A stretch of DNA of 16,899 nucleotides from Elusimicrobiales bacterium (GTDB taxonomy: Bacteria; Elusimicrobiota; Elusimicrobia; Elusimicrobiales; UBA9959), in contig JBMFKQ010000032.1 of NCBI GenBank assembly GCA_049972095.1, forward strand, positions 1 through 16,899. The letters are read 5' to 3'. A program made the position numbers and the translations under genes. The stretch's first letter is position 1. Each line of letters starts with the position of its first letter. The notes beneath the pieces are model-generated. The model saw only the letters and a list, made by a program, of their open reading frames with translations. It ran no database searches and had not been told where the DNA came from. Shown here piece by piece: positions 6,731 through 14,450 of this stretch.

Positions 6731-8478
6731 TTTAGCTTTGATTTTATCTCTATTCCAAGCTCATCAAGCTGTTTTTTTGAAACAAAGGATGGTGCATCTG
6801 TAAGTGGGCATTGTGCAGTTGTTGTTTTTGGAAATGCTATAACCTCCCTTATTGAATCATAACCCAGTATTAATGCAACAAGTCTATCAAAACCTATCCC
6901 AATGCCACCATGCGGCGGTGCGCCATAACCAAGTGCATTTACAAGCATACCAAATTTTTCAGTTATCTCATCATCACTGTAGCCCATAAGTCTGAATATC
7001 TTCATCTGAATATCCTTTCTATGATTTCTCAAAGAACCTGATCCAAGCTCAACTCCATTTAAAACAAGGTCATACTGGCATGATTTTATATTTTCAAGCT
7101 CTTTTTTTGTATCGAGCTTGTATATCTCACCTGGAAGAGGTGCTGTAAATGGGTTATGAGTTGAGTCATATCTGTTTTCATCCTCTCTCCATTTAAGAAG
7201 AGGAAAGTGCCTTACCCATAAAAAAGCCCATTTTTTGCAAGGCTTTTCCTTCTCGGTGAGTATTAATCTAAGTATTGATGAGTATTTGTTTATGTTTTCT
7301 CTACTGTCAGCTATCACAAAAACTGTTTCACCTTCTTTAAGGGCTGTTTTAGATATCAATAATGATTGTTCATTTTCTGATAAAAATTTTGATATAGGAG
7401 ACTCAAGCCTGCCTTCTTTTATTTTAAACCACATAACTCCATTTGCACCGTTTGATTTAAGAAGTTCAGTAAGCTTGTCAATCTCCGATCTTGAAAAACT
7501 ATAAGATGATTTAATTGCTTTTATAATGCCACCAGACTCATAAATCTGTCTGAATATCTTAAACGATGAGTTTGAAAAGATATCTGTTATGTTTTGAAAT
7601 TTTATCTCATATCTAAGATCAGGTTTATCCGAGCCATAGAGTTCCATAACATCATCATATTCCATTTCAGGAAATGGAGTTTCTATACTCTCTCCAATCT
7701 CATTAAAAATCCTTTTCATAAGTCCTTCAACAACCTCTGCCACATCCTTTTCTGTGACAAAGCTCATCTCAATATCTATCTGTGTGTGTTCCGGTTGTCT
7801 GTCACTTCTTAGATCCTCATCTCTAAAGTTTCTTGCAAGCTGAAAATATCTATCAAGACCTGCAACCATTAAGATCTGCTTAAATATCTGAGGTGATTGG
7901 GGAAGCGCATAGAATTTTCCAGGATTTATCCTTGATGGGATCAGAAAATCTCTTGCACCCTCAGGTGTTGATTTTGTCAGTATTGGAGTTTCTACCTCAA
8001 TAAAACCTAATTCATTCAAATAATTTCTTACTATATTTGCTATTTTACTTCTCATTATTAGATTTCTTTTCATTATTTTTCTTCTGATATCTATGTATCT
8101 GTATTTAAGTCTTGTCTCCTCACTAACGCTTACATAATCTGTCACAGGAAATGGTGGTTCATCTGATATATTAAGTATTTCAAACAGGCTAACAACCACC
8201 TCAATTTCACCTGTTGGATTGTTTGGGTTTTCATTTCCTTTTGGTCTTCTTCTTACCTTTCCTTTAACTCTTATCACATATTCATTTTTTAAATCTTCAG
8301 CTTCAGAAAATTGGGATTGTGATGGCTCGAAAACAAGCTGGACAGTTCCATATCTATCTCTTAGGTCAACAAAAAGTATTCCACCATGGTTTCTTTTTTT
8401 ATCAACCCAACCACATAGAACTACTTCTTCGTCAACATTTTTTAAATCTAACTCTCCACATGTATGTGTTCTAAGCAC
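6727..8478 (-). CDS. aspS: Aspartate--tRNA ligase (bacterial type, non-discriminating signature)
   Basis: GTG start; RTHTCGEL, GWV...RNHGG..FVDLRD, RLKYRYIDIRR, STPEGARDF, ALPQSPQ.FKQ.LM, FRDEDLRSDRQPE.TQ.D.E, YGSDKPDLR and PPHGG...GFDR. Confidence 0.98.
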   Translation of the reverse strand: MLRTHTCGELDLKNVDEEVVLCGWVDKKRNHGGILFVDLRDRYGTVQLVFEPSQSQFSEAEDLKNEYVIRVKGKVRRRPKGNENPNNPTGEIEVVVSLFEILNISDEPPFPVTDYVSVSEETRLKYRYIDIRRKIMKRNLIMRSKIANIVRNYLNELGFIEVETPILTKSTPEGARDFLIPSRINPGKFYALPQSPQIFKQILMVAGLDRYFQLARNFRDEDLRSDRQPEHTQIDIEMSFVTEKDVAEVVEGLMKRIFNEIGESIETPFPEMEYDDVMELYGSDKPDLRYEIKFQNITDIFSNSSFKIFRQIYESGGIIKAIKSSYSFSRSEIDKLTELLKSNGANGVMWFKIKEGRLESPISKFLSENEQSLLISKTALKEGETVFVIADSRENINKYSSILRLILTEKEKPCKKWAFLWVRHFPLLKWREDENRYDSTHNPFTAPLPGEIYKLDTKKELENIKSCQYDLVLNGVELGSGSLRNHRKDIQMKIFRLMGYSDDEITEKFGMLVNALGYGAPPHGGIGIGFDRLVALILGYDSIREVIAFPKTTTAQCPLTDAPSFVSKKQLDELGIEIKSKLK

Positions 8479-9714
8479 TTATCCCCCATTGTTTTTTAAA
8501 AGTTTTATTATCTGGTTTAAGTTTTTTTTCTCTTGAATCCCATTTTTAAGGTTTTTAATTGAATAAAGGTCAGTTTTTATCTCATCTTCACCAACTATTA
8601 TGACATAATCTGCAGAGTTTGAATTAGCTTCTCTTAGCTGAGCCTTCATGCTTTTTAGCACAGATGCAAGGTCTGATATTATTAAGTTTTTCCTAAGAAG
8701 ACACAGTATTTTAAATGCTTTATCCTCAAAACCCTTTTGAGATATTATAAAAACCTTTGCTTTCTTATTTGTCAGAGATGAACCTTTCTTCTCAATAAGC
8801 ATTACAAGCCTTTCAACTCCAATAGCCCATCCTGCTCCAGGAAGATGAGGTCCACCCATTGATTGAACAAGATTATCATATCTTCCTCCTGCTCCTATCG
8901 CGTCTTGGGAACCAAGAAGCTCTGTTTTAAATTCAAAGACTGTTTTTGTATAATAATCAAGTCCTCTTACAAGAAGATGATTTTCAATATATTTTATCTC
9001 ATTTTCATCAAGTATTTTTTTAAATGTTGAGTAATGCTGTGCACAGGTGTCACACAGCTCTATTTTTGGTATATCTAAAAATTTTTCTCTGTCTATTTTA
9101 CAATCCAAGACTCTCAGTGCGTTTCTTTCAAGCCTTTTTTTACAATCATCGCAGAGAGTTTTTGATGAGAGGTATGATATAAGTTTTTCTCTGTATTTTT
9201 TTCTACAATTATGACATCCTATCGAATTTATTTCTATTCTGTAATCATATATGCCGATTGATTTAATAAGCATATCAAACATTATAATAAGCTCAGCATC
9301 TGCATATGGTGTCTCATCTCCAATATATTCTACGCCTATCTGCTCAAACTCTCTAAACCTTCCTGCCTGGGGCCTTTCAGCTCTAAACATATTTCCGATA
9401 TAAAAAAACTTTGTTTTTTTACCTGAAAGGTGCATTGAGTTGTTTATATAGGCTCTTACAACTCCCGGTGTTCCTTCAGGCCTTAAAGCAAGTATTCTAC
9501 CTGAGGCATCTTCAAATTTATACATCTCCTTCTCAACTATATCAGTTGTATCTCCTGTTGATTTTATAAAAAGCTCATAGTGTTCAAGAGTTGGAATCCT
9601 TATTTCTGAATAATTAAAGATTCTAAATATCTCTCTTGCCTTTTTCTCTATCTCTGTGAATACATCACTTTGAGGTGGAAGTATATCCTTAAAACCTCTT
9701 GGAGACTGTATCAT
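8479..9714 (-). CDS. hisS: Histidine--tRNA ligase
   Basis: PRGFKD, TDIVEKEMYKF, LRPEGT, MFRAERPQAGRFREFEQ, LVRGLDYY, AGGRYD.L, G.AIGVERL and a C-terminal anticodon-binding domain. Confidence 0.98.
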   Translation of the reverse strand: MIQSPRGFKDILPPQSDVFTEIEKKAREIFRIFNYSEIRIPTLEHYELFIKSTGDTTDIVEKEMYKFEDASGRILALRPEGTPGVVRAYINNSMHLSGKKTKFFYIGNMFRAERPQAGRFREFEQIGVEYIGDETPYADAELIIMFDMLIKSIGIYDYRIEINSIGCHNCRKKYREKLISYLSSKTLCDDCKKRLERNALRVLDCKIDREKFLDIPKIELCDTCAQHYSTFKKILDENEIKYIENHLLVRGLDYYTKTVFEFKTELLGSQDAIGAGGRYDNLVQSMGGPHLPGAGWAIGVERLVMLIEKKGSSLTNKKAKVFIISQKGFEDKAFKILCLLRKNLIISDLASVLKSMKAQLREANSNSADYVIIVGEDEIKTDLYSIKNLKNGIQEKKNLNQIIKLLKNNGG

Positions 9715-9825
9715 AGTTATCTTCCTTAAAACATTTCTTGCTTTGATACCATTTCCTTACGAGCCTCTAATCTTACTTTTATTTTTTTGTTAGGCTATTT
9801 TTAAAAAACAAATCTATTTTTTACT

Positions 9826-9868
9826 AAAAACCCTCCTATCTAAATATTTTATAATTTTAGATAAAGGA
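9826..9868 (-). terminator. Possible intrinsic terminator of the protease transcript (overlaps a -10/SD-like element)
   Basis: The - strand reads CCUUUAUCUAAA-11 nt-UUUAGAUAGGAGG followed by GUUUUU. A second small hairpin, AACAGA-TAG-TCTGTT, lies at 9888-9902 right after the stop. Confidence 0.4.
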
Positions 9869-9905
9869 TATTAATGGATTTATTTCTAACAGACTATCTG
9901 TTGTT

Positions 9906-10937
9906 TTATCTGTCAAAGCTGAAATTTACAGATCTTGATAGATCAAGATTTTCAATAAATTTTACATTCTCTTTGTTAACATTCATTATTCTTTCTTCAG
10001 TAGCTTTGGTTATTTCGGGCACTATACCGTATAGATATTTGTAAAGGACAGAGATTTTTGTTACATCCTCACCTCTTCCTCCATCATTTGGAACAACATT
10101 TGAGATTGTGCAGCCCTGTGGCGTCTGAACGAAATCTGTTTCTCCCCTCACAAGTATTCCTTCTATAAGGTTTGTTTCTGCATTAAAGACGGGGGAACCT
10201 GAATTACCACCATAGGTATCAAGGTTTGCTACAAAGTAACCATAAGGAGAGGGGTCCCTTACAATTGCACCGTCTGCAAACTTTACAGGAAGCCCCACGG
10301 GATAGCCTATAACAAACATCGACTGACCCTGAACGAGTTTTTGTGATGTGTTTATCTTTAAAGGTTTTTTGCCGGTAACTTTTCTGTCAAGCTTGATAAT
10401 AGCATAGTCCGGTCCAAGACCTGTACCATGAGGATTATCTTCTGTTGGTTCAGCTCCAACCTGTGTTTTTATTATCTTTGAACACTTGTAGACATCAGAA
10501 GGATCAAACTCAGTTACAGCAGTATCTGGTTGCTGACTATTTTTAACAGCATATCCAAAGACAAAATAGGTTGAACTGCATTTGGACTCATTTTTTATGC
10601 AGTGCCCTGCTGTTATTACTACATCTTCGCTGATAAGCGCTCCTGAGCAAAATGCACCTATTGGTTGATTTCTAAACGGCTCGTCTTTGCAAAGGTTTAA
10701 TCTCTCACCGTAATTTATGGTTTTGAGCCGGTATTTATTATTTGAAGTATCAAAACTGATAGATGTAGCATCCCAAAGTGAGACGACTGAGTCTGCAAGC
10801 GATTTTATGTTCTGGCTCATTCTATAGTAGTCTATTCTATTATCATCACCGTATATAACTCTGCCGGCGGTATGAAGATTACTTACTACTGCTGATATTA
10901 TGGCGGTTATAAGAATAAGAGAAAACTTTTTTATCAT
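9906..10937 (-). CDS. Secreted trypsin-like (S1) serine protease
   Basis: Signal peptide MIKKFSLILITAIISAVVS, VIYGDDNR, FCSGALI and catalytic triad TAGHC / DYAIIKL / DTYGGNSGSPV. The ATG at 10937 follows AGAGGT; the GTG at 10943 overlaps that SD. Confidence 0.9.
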   Translation of the reverse strand: MIKKFSLILITAIISAVVSNLHTAGRVIYGDDNRIDYYRMSQNIKSLADSVVSLWDATSISFDTSNNKYRLKTINYGERLNLCKDEPFRNQPIGAFCSGALISEDVVITAGHCIKNESKCSSTYFVFGYAVKNSQQPDTAVTEFDPSDVYKCSKIIKTQVGAEPTEDNPHGTGLGPDYAIIKLDRKVTGKKPLKINTSQKLVQGQSMFVIGYPVGLPVKFADGAIVRDPSPYGYFVANLDTYGGNSGSPVFNAETNLIEGILVRGETDFVQTPQGCTISNVVPNDGGRGEDVTKISVLYKYLYGIVPEITKATEERIMNVNKENVKFIENLDLSRSVNFSFDR

Positions 10938-10957
10938 AAGCACCTCTTTCTGTTAAT

Positions 10958-11025
10958 ATTTTAAATCTGATTTGACAAATATCAATAGTCTTTAGTCTTA
11001 TTTTCAAATAGGACCAAAGACCTAT
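10958..11025 (-). promoter_or_regulatory. Protease promoter with paired operator-like boxes
   Basis: TTGATA (10980-10985), 16 nt, TAAAAT (10958-10963). Imperfect inverted repeat with ~20-bp arms at 10985-11025; TTGAC-N4-ATCAA at 10972-10985. Confidence 0.55.
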
Positions 11026-11038
11026 AATAGATGATTTT

Positions 11039-11959
11039 TTACATCAGCACAAAGGATTTAACTGTGTATTTGTCTATGAGTATTATAGATGTTAATGATA
11101 GACTTGCAACAGAGATAAACAATAGTGGATAATAGTATTTCTTGTATTTTCTTCTGATGTTGTTTATGAATATGTAGAAGGAATAGCATTCCATAGCAAA
11201 AAAACCAAATCCTAAATATCCTGCAAGAGGCATTTCAAAAAGTTTTGGAGAGTTTAAATAAGCAAGTGTATATGTCCATTTTGCCCCTGCTTTATAATTA
11301 AACATCTCCCACATAAAGCCGCATACAATACCTGCTATAAAAAGTGTATATATTCTTTCGCCATCTCCCTTGTTTATATCATCTAAGAAAGAATTCTCTT
11401 GCATTTTCCAGTTTAGTGGATCGAAAACTCCGATAAGAGAAACCCATATAAAAGGGAAAAAAACTGATGGAATTGTAATAGATAAAACAAACATAAGAAA
11501 ACCCACAGAGATAAATGTAGTAGTATCTTTGAGAGAAAGATTTATTTTTTTTATCCCTGCATTTTTAAAAATACCAATGGTTTCAATTAGCTCTGCTGTT
11601 TCAAATATAGCGGGAAGAACTGTTGCATAAGAAAGGATATAGCCTAAATATCTTTCAGTTTTATCATAAGGGAGCATTATGTAGTTCCAGTTTTTAAGTG
11701 AAATGTTTGCAATCTCAAAGAAGAACCACCATCCAATAGAAAGAACAAGTATATGTAGAAATTCTTTGGGTCGCGACAATATTAAAGATTCTGCTTTGAT
11801 TGAAAAAATAATGCCATCTACAAAGATTATATATGAATACCAAGCAAATATGTAATAAAATCTATAAAATGGATTTATCTCCCAAAAACACATAAGGGTT
11901 GAAAGCGAAAACATAAGTATTGAGCCAAATATAAAAATGGTTGATTTAGATCTTTCCAT
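11039..11959 (-). CDS. Conserved-type polytopic membrane protein with an internal duplication (resembles the membrane part of DUF4332-containing proteins)
   Basis: 306 aa with about 8-9 hydrophobic segments. Motifs WWFFFEIAN..NWNY, SYATVLPAIFE, GFMWEMFNY.AGAKWTY and LFEMPLAGYLGF..FA.E. Confidence 0.75.
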   Translation of the reverse strand: MERSKSTIFIFGSILMFSLSTLMCFWEINPFYRFYYIFAWYSYIIFVDGIIFSIKAESLILSRPKEFLHILVLSIGWWFFFEIANISLKNWNYIMLPYDKTERYLGYILSYATVLPAIFETAELIETIGIFKNAGIKKINLSLKDTTTFISVGFLMFVLSITIPSVFFPFIWVSLIGVFDPLNWKMQENSFLDDINKGDGERIYTLFIAGIVCGFMWEMFNYKAGAKWTYTLAYLNSPKLFEMPLAGYLGFGFFAMECYSFYIFINNIRRKYKKYYYPLLFISVASLSLTSIILIDKYTVKSFVLM

Positions 11960-11966
11960 CTAACAA

Positions 11967-11972
11967 ATTATA
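11967..11972 (-). promoter_or_regulatory. -10 box 7 nt before the ATG (probable leaderless promoter)
   Basis: The - strand reads TATAAT-ttgttag-ATG; no SD. Confidence 0.55.
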
Positions 11973-12014
11973 TAAAAATTTTAGATGAAAATGATTTTTG
12001 TAAAACTTTATTCT

Positions 12015-12671
12015 TTATATTTTTTCATCTTTTGGAAAGTGAGCTATTATTTCTTTTATTCTTGATTCTATATCTTTTGCAGTTGTTATCTCTGTTACAA
12101 GACAAATACATTTTGCTTTTTCTTTTATAACCTCATCAATGTTATGAAGTTTTATACCACCTATTGCAACAAATGGTATCTTTTTGTTTTTAACAACCCA
12201 TCTTAGGTAATCAAGTCCAACCGCGGATACTACATCATCTTTTGTATGAGTTTCAAAAAGTGGTCCAACCCCTGCATAATCAGCACCATCTTTAACTGCT
12301 TTTAGATACTGATGAGGTGAATGAGTTGAAATACCTATTATTATGTCCTTACCAAGAAGTTTTCTCACTTTATCAACAGGATAATCATTTTGACCTAAAT
12401 GAACGCCATCCGCTTTAACCATAAGAGCAAGATCTGGATGGTCATTTACTATGAAGATCACCCCATATTTTTGGGTTATTCTTCTTATCTCAAGTGCCGT
12501 CTTATATTTTGTTAGAAAATCAGCATACTTTTCTCTATACTGGATTATTTTTACTCCACCCAAAGCCATCATCTGTGCCTGCTCAATTGGTGATATCTTT
12601 GAAAACTTTGTATCAGTTATCCCATATATTGAATAGTCTTCAAAAACTCTCATCTTTTCCTTTTTATTCAT
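12015..12671 (-). CDS. thiE: Thiamine-phosphate synthase
   Basis: YGIT, GGVKIIQYREK, FIVND, ADGVHLGQND, IIGISTHS, GADY.GVGP.F.T.TK and VAIGGI; SD GGAGG at 12676-12680. Confidence 0.97.
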   Translation of the reverse strand: MNKKEKMRVFEDYSIYGITDTKFSKISPIEQAQMMALGGVKIIQYREKYADFLTKYKTALEIRRITQKYGVIFIVNDHPDLALMVKADGVHLGQNDYPVDKVRKLLGKDIIIGISTHSPHQYLKAVKDGADYAGVGPLFETHTKDDVVSAVGLDYLRWVVKNKKIPFVAIGGIKLHNIDEVIKEKAKCICLVTEITTAKDIESRIKEIIAHFPKDEKI

Positions 12672-12715
12672 TTAACCTCCATTTTTTTATTCAAATTTCT
12701 AAATTTAATAGATAT

Positions 12716-13372
12716 CTATTGAGTTCCTTTCAATATCCTTCTTATCACCTCATCTGCTTGCATTGCAGCAACTGCTGTTACCTTTGGTGCAAGTGGCATA
12801 AGGCATTTGTTTTTTATATTTTTGTCTTTATGAGATATATCACAGCATTTGCATTCAGAAATCAGATCCCCTATTATTGTATATTTTTCCTTTCTTATAA
12901 CCTTTATCTTTTCAACATCACCATATCCAGCAACCCCACTTGCTGAGATTATTGTTTTATTAAGCTTTAGTGATGTTTCAAATATGACTTTTTTAAACCC
13001 TGCTTTGTCTACAGCCTCAACAATAATATCAGGTTTAAATTTTTTTATAAGCTTTTTAAGTTTTTTTTCATCAATAATATCAATAACTGTTTCTATTTTT
13101 GCATATGGATTTATGTTAAGAAGTCTTTTTTTTAGTACTTCTGCTTTTGCTTCTCCAATATCTTGGTGATAAAACTGTTGTCTATTGAGATTTTTAAGCT
13201 CAACCTTATCATAATCAACAAGCATTATGTTTATAAAAGCACTTCTTATAAGCATATTTGCTATGTTTGAGCCAAGCCCTCCGCAGCCAATAATCATTAT
13301 CCTTGCCTTTTTTAGTTTTTTAAGTTGTTGTGGTGTGTAATAGATTTTGAAAATATCATTTATGCTATTCAT
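12716..13372 (-). CDS. thiF: Sulfur-carrier ThiS adenylyltransferase ThiF (short family-2 type)
   Basis: IIGCGGLGSN, VDYDKVELKNLNRQQF, IG..K, IVEAVD, SASG.AG.G and APKV..VAAMQA; lies in the thi operon. Confidence 0.92.
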   Translation of the reverse strand: MNSINDIFKIYYTPQQLKKLKKARIMIIGCGGLGSNIANMLIRSAFINIMLVDYDKVELKNLNRQQFYHQDIGEAKAEVLKKRLLNINPYAKIETVIDIIDEKKLKKLIKKFKPDIIVEAVDKAGFKKVIFETSLKLNKTIISASGVAGYGDVEKIKVIRKEKYTIIGDLISECKCCDISHKDKNIKNKCLMPLAPKVTAVAAMQADEVIRRILKGTQ

Positions 13373-13373
13373 A

Positions 13374-14450
13374 TTATTTTGTTTTTACCCAGTTAGTAAA
13401 CTCTGCTCTATATCCTTTATTTTTTAAAACCCTTAATATATCATCAAGACTTCTTGTATCAGAAACCTCAAATTGAACCTCATTACCATCTTTTTTGTAA
13501 TATCCTCCAACAGTTGTCTTTGACTCAGCACTCATCCTTGTCATTCCCAGACCTATAAGATTATCTCTCATAAACACATCTTCTCTTGTGGTGATGTTTA
13601 TCCCAACTCGAGGTAGGAAAATCCTTGAAAGTATTATACTTTTTACAAAATCTCTGTCAGATACACTAAAACATTCATTTCTTGCAACTGACTTTCTTAT
13701 CCTTGGAAAAGATAAGTTTATTTCAGCATCAGGGTATTCTGTCTGAAGATAATCAGCATGCGCAATGCTCATAAAAACATCGTATCTCCAATTCTCATTT
13801 AGCCCAAGCAAGGCTCCTATACTTACCTCTTTAATTCCTGCGTTTAGGGCTCTTTCTATAGCACTAAGTCTCCAACTATAATCCTTTTTAGGGCCAAAGG
13901 GGTGAAGCTTCTTATAAAGCTCTTTATCATAAGTTTCCTGGTAAAGCGTAACACCCACAATCCCATCTTTAACAAGTTTTTTGTATTCACTTTCATCAAG
14001 GGGATATACTTCTATAAGAACCTCTGAAAAATATTTTGAGGCAATCCTTACAGCACTTCTGATATATTCAAATGGTGAGTTAATTCTGTCTTCTCCTGTA
14101 AGAATTAGAACTGTGTCAAATCCCTTTTCTTTAAGGAATTTTAACTCCATCTCAATATCTTTCTCTGTTAACTTACACCTTTTTATTTTATTTAGAGCTG
14201 AAAAACCACAGTAAAGACATCCATTTACGCAGTAATTTGATATGTAAAGTGGTGCGTATATAAGTATGGTTTTACCAAAAAAATTTTCAGTTATTCTTTT
14301 AGCCTCAACTGCAATCTGATGAAGGTTAATCTTTTGTGAGTTAAGATATTCAACAAGATTATTCAACCATTTCTTTTTGGCTTGGATTTTTCCATAGAAT
14401 ATCTCCTCAAGTTTTTCTATTTCATTATAAAAGGTTTTGTTTTTTTTCAT
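13374..14450 (-). CDS. thiH: 2-iminoacetate synthase (tyrosine lyase), radical SAM
   Basis: FG..I..YAPLYISNYCVNGCLYCGF, LTGE, YQETY, H..GPK.DY..RL, GALLGL, SFPRIR, SAESKTTVGGY and QFEVSD.RS; ATGA overlap with thiG. Confidence 0.95.
   Translation of the reverse strand: MKKNKTFYNEIEKLEEIFYGKIQAKKKWLNNLVEYLNSQKINLHQIAVEAKRITENFFGKTILIYAPLYISNYCVNGCLYCGFSALNKIKRCKLTEKDIEMELKFLKEKGFDTVLILTGEDRINSPFEYIRSAVRIASKYFSEVLIEVYPLDESEYKKLVKDGIVGVTLYQETYDKELYKKLHPFGPKKDYSWRLSAIERALNAGIKEVSIGALLGLNENWRYDVFMSIAHADYLQTEYPDAEINLSFPRIRKSVARNECFSVSDRDFVKSIILSRIFLPRVGINITTREDVFMRDNLIGLGMTRMSAESKTTVGGYYKKDGNEVQFEVSDTRSLDDILRVLKNKGYRAEFTNWVKTK

Noticed and set aside
9715..9905. T-box leader or His attenuator peptide for hisS-aspS (also checked before asnS)
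   Set aside because: No GGTGGNACC T-box motif and no His-codon-rich leader peptide.
12707..12720. Perfect 14-bp palindrome AATAGATATCTATT at the thiF stop
   Set aside because: It is AT-only apart from one pair, has no loop, and lies inside an operon; chance is likely.
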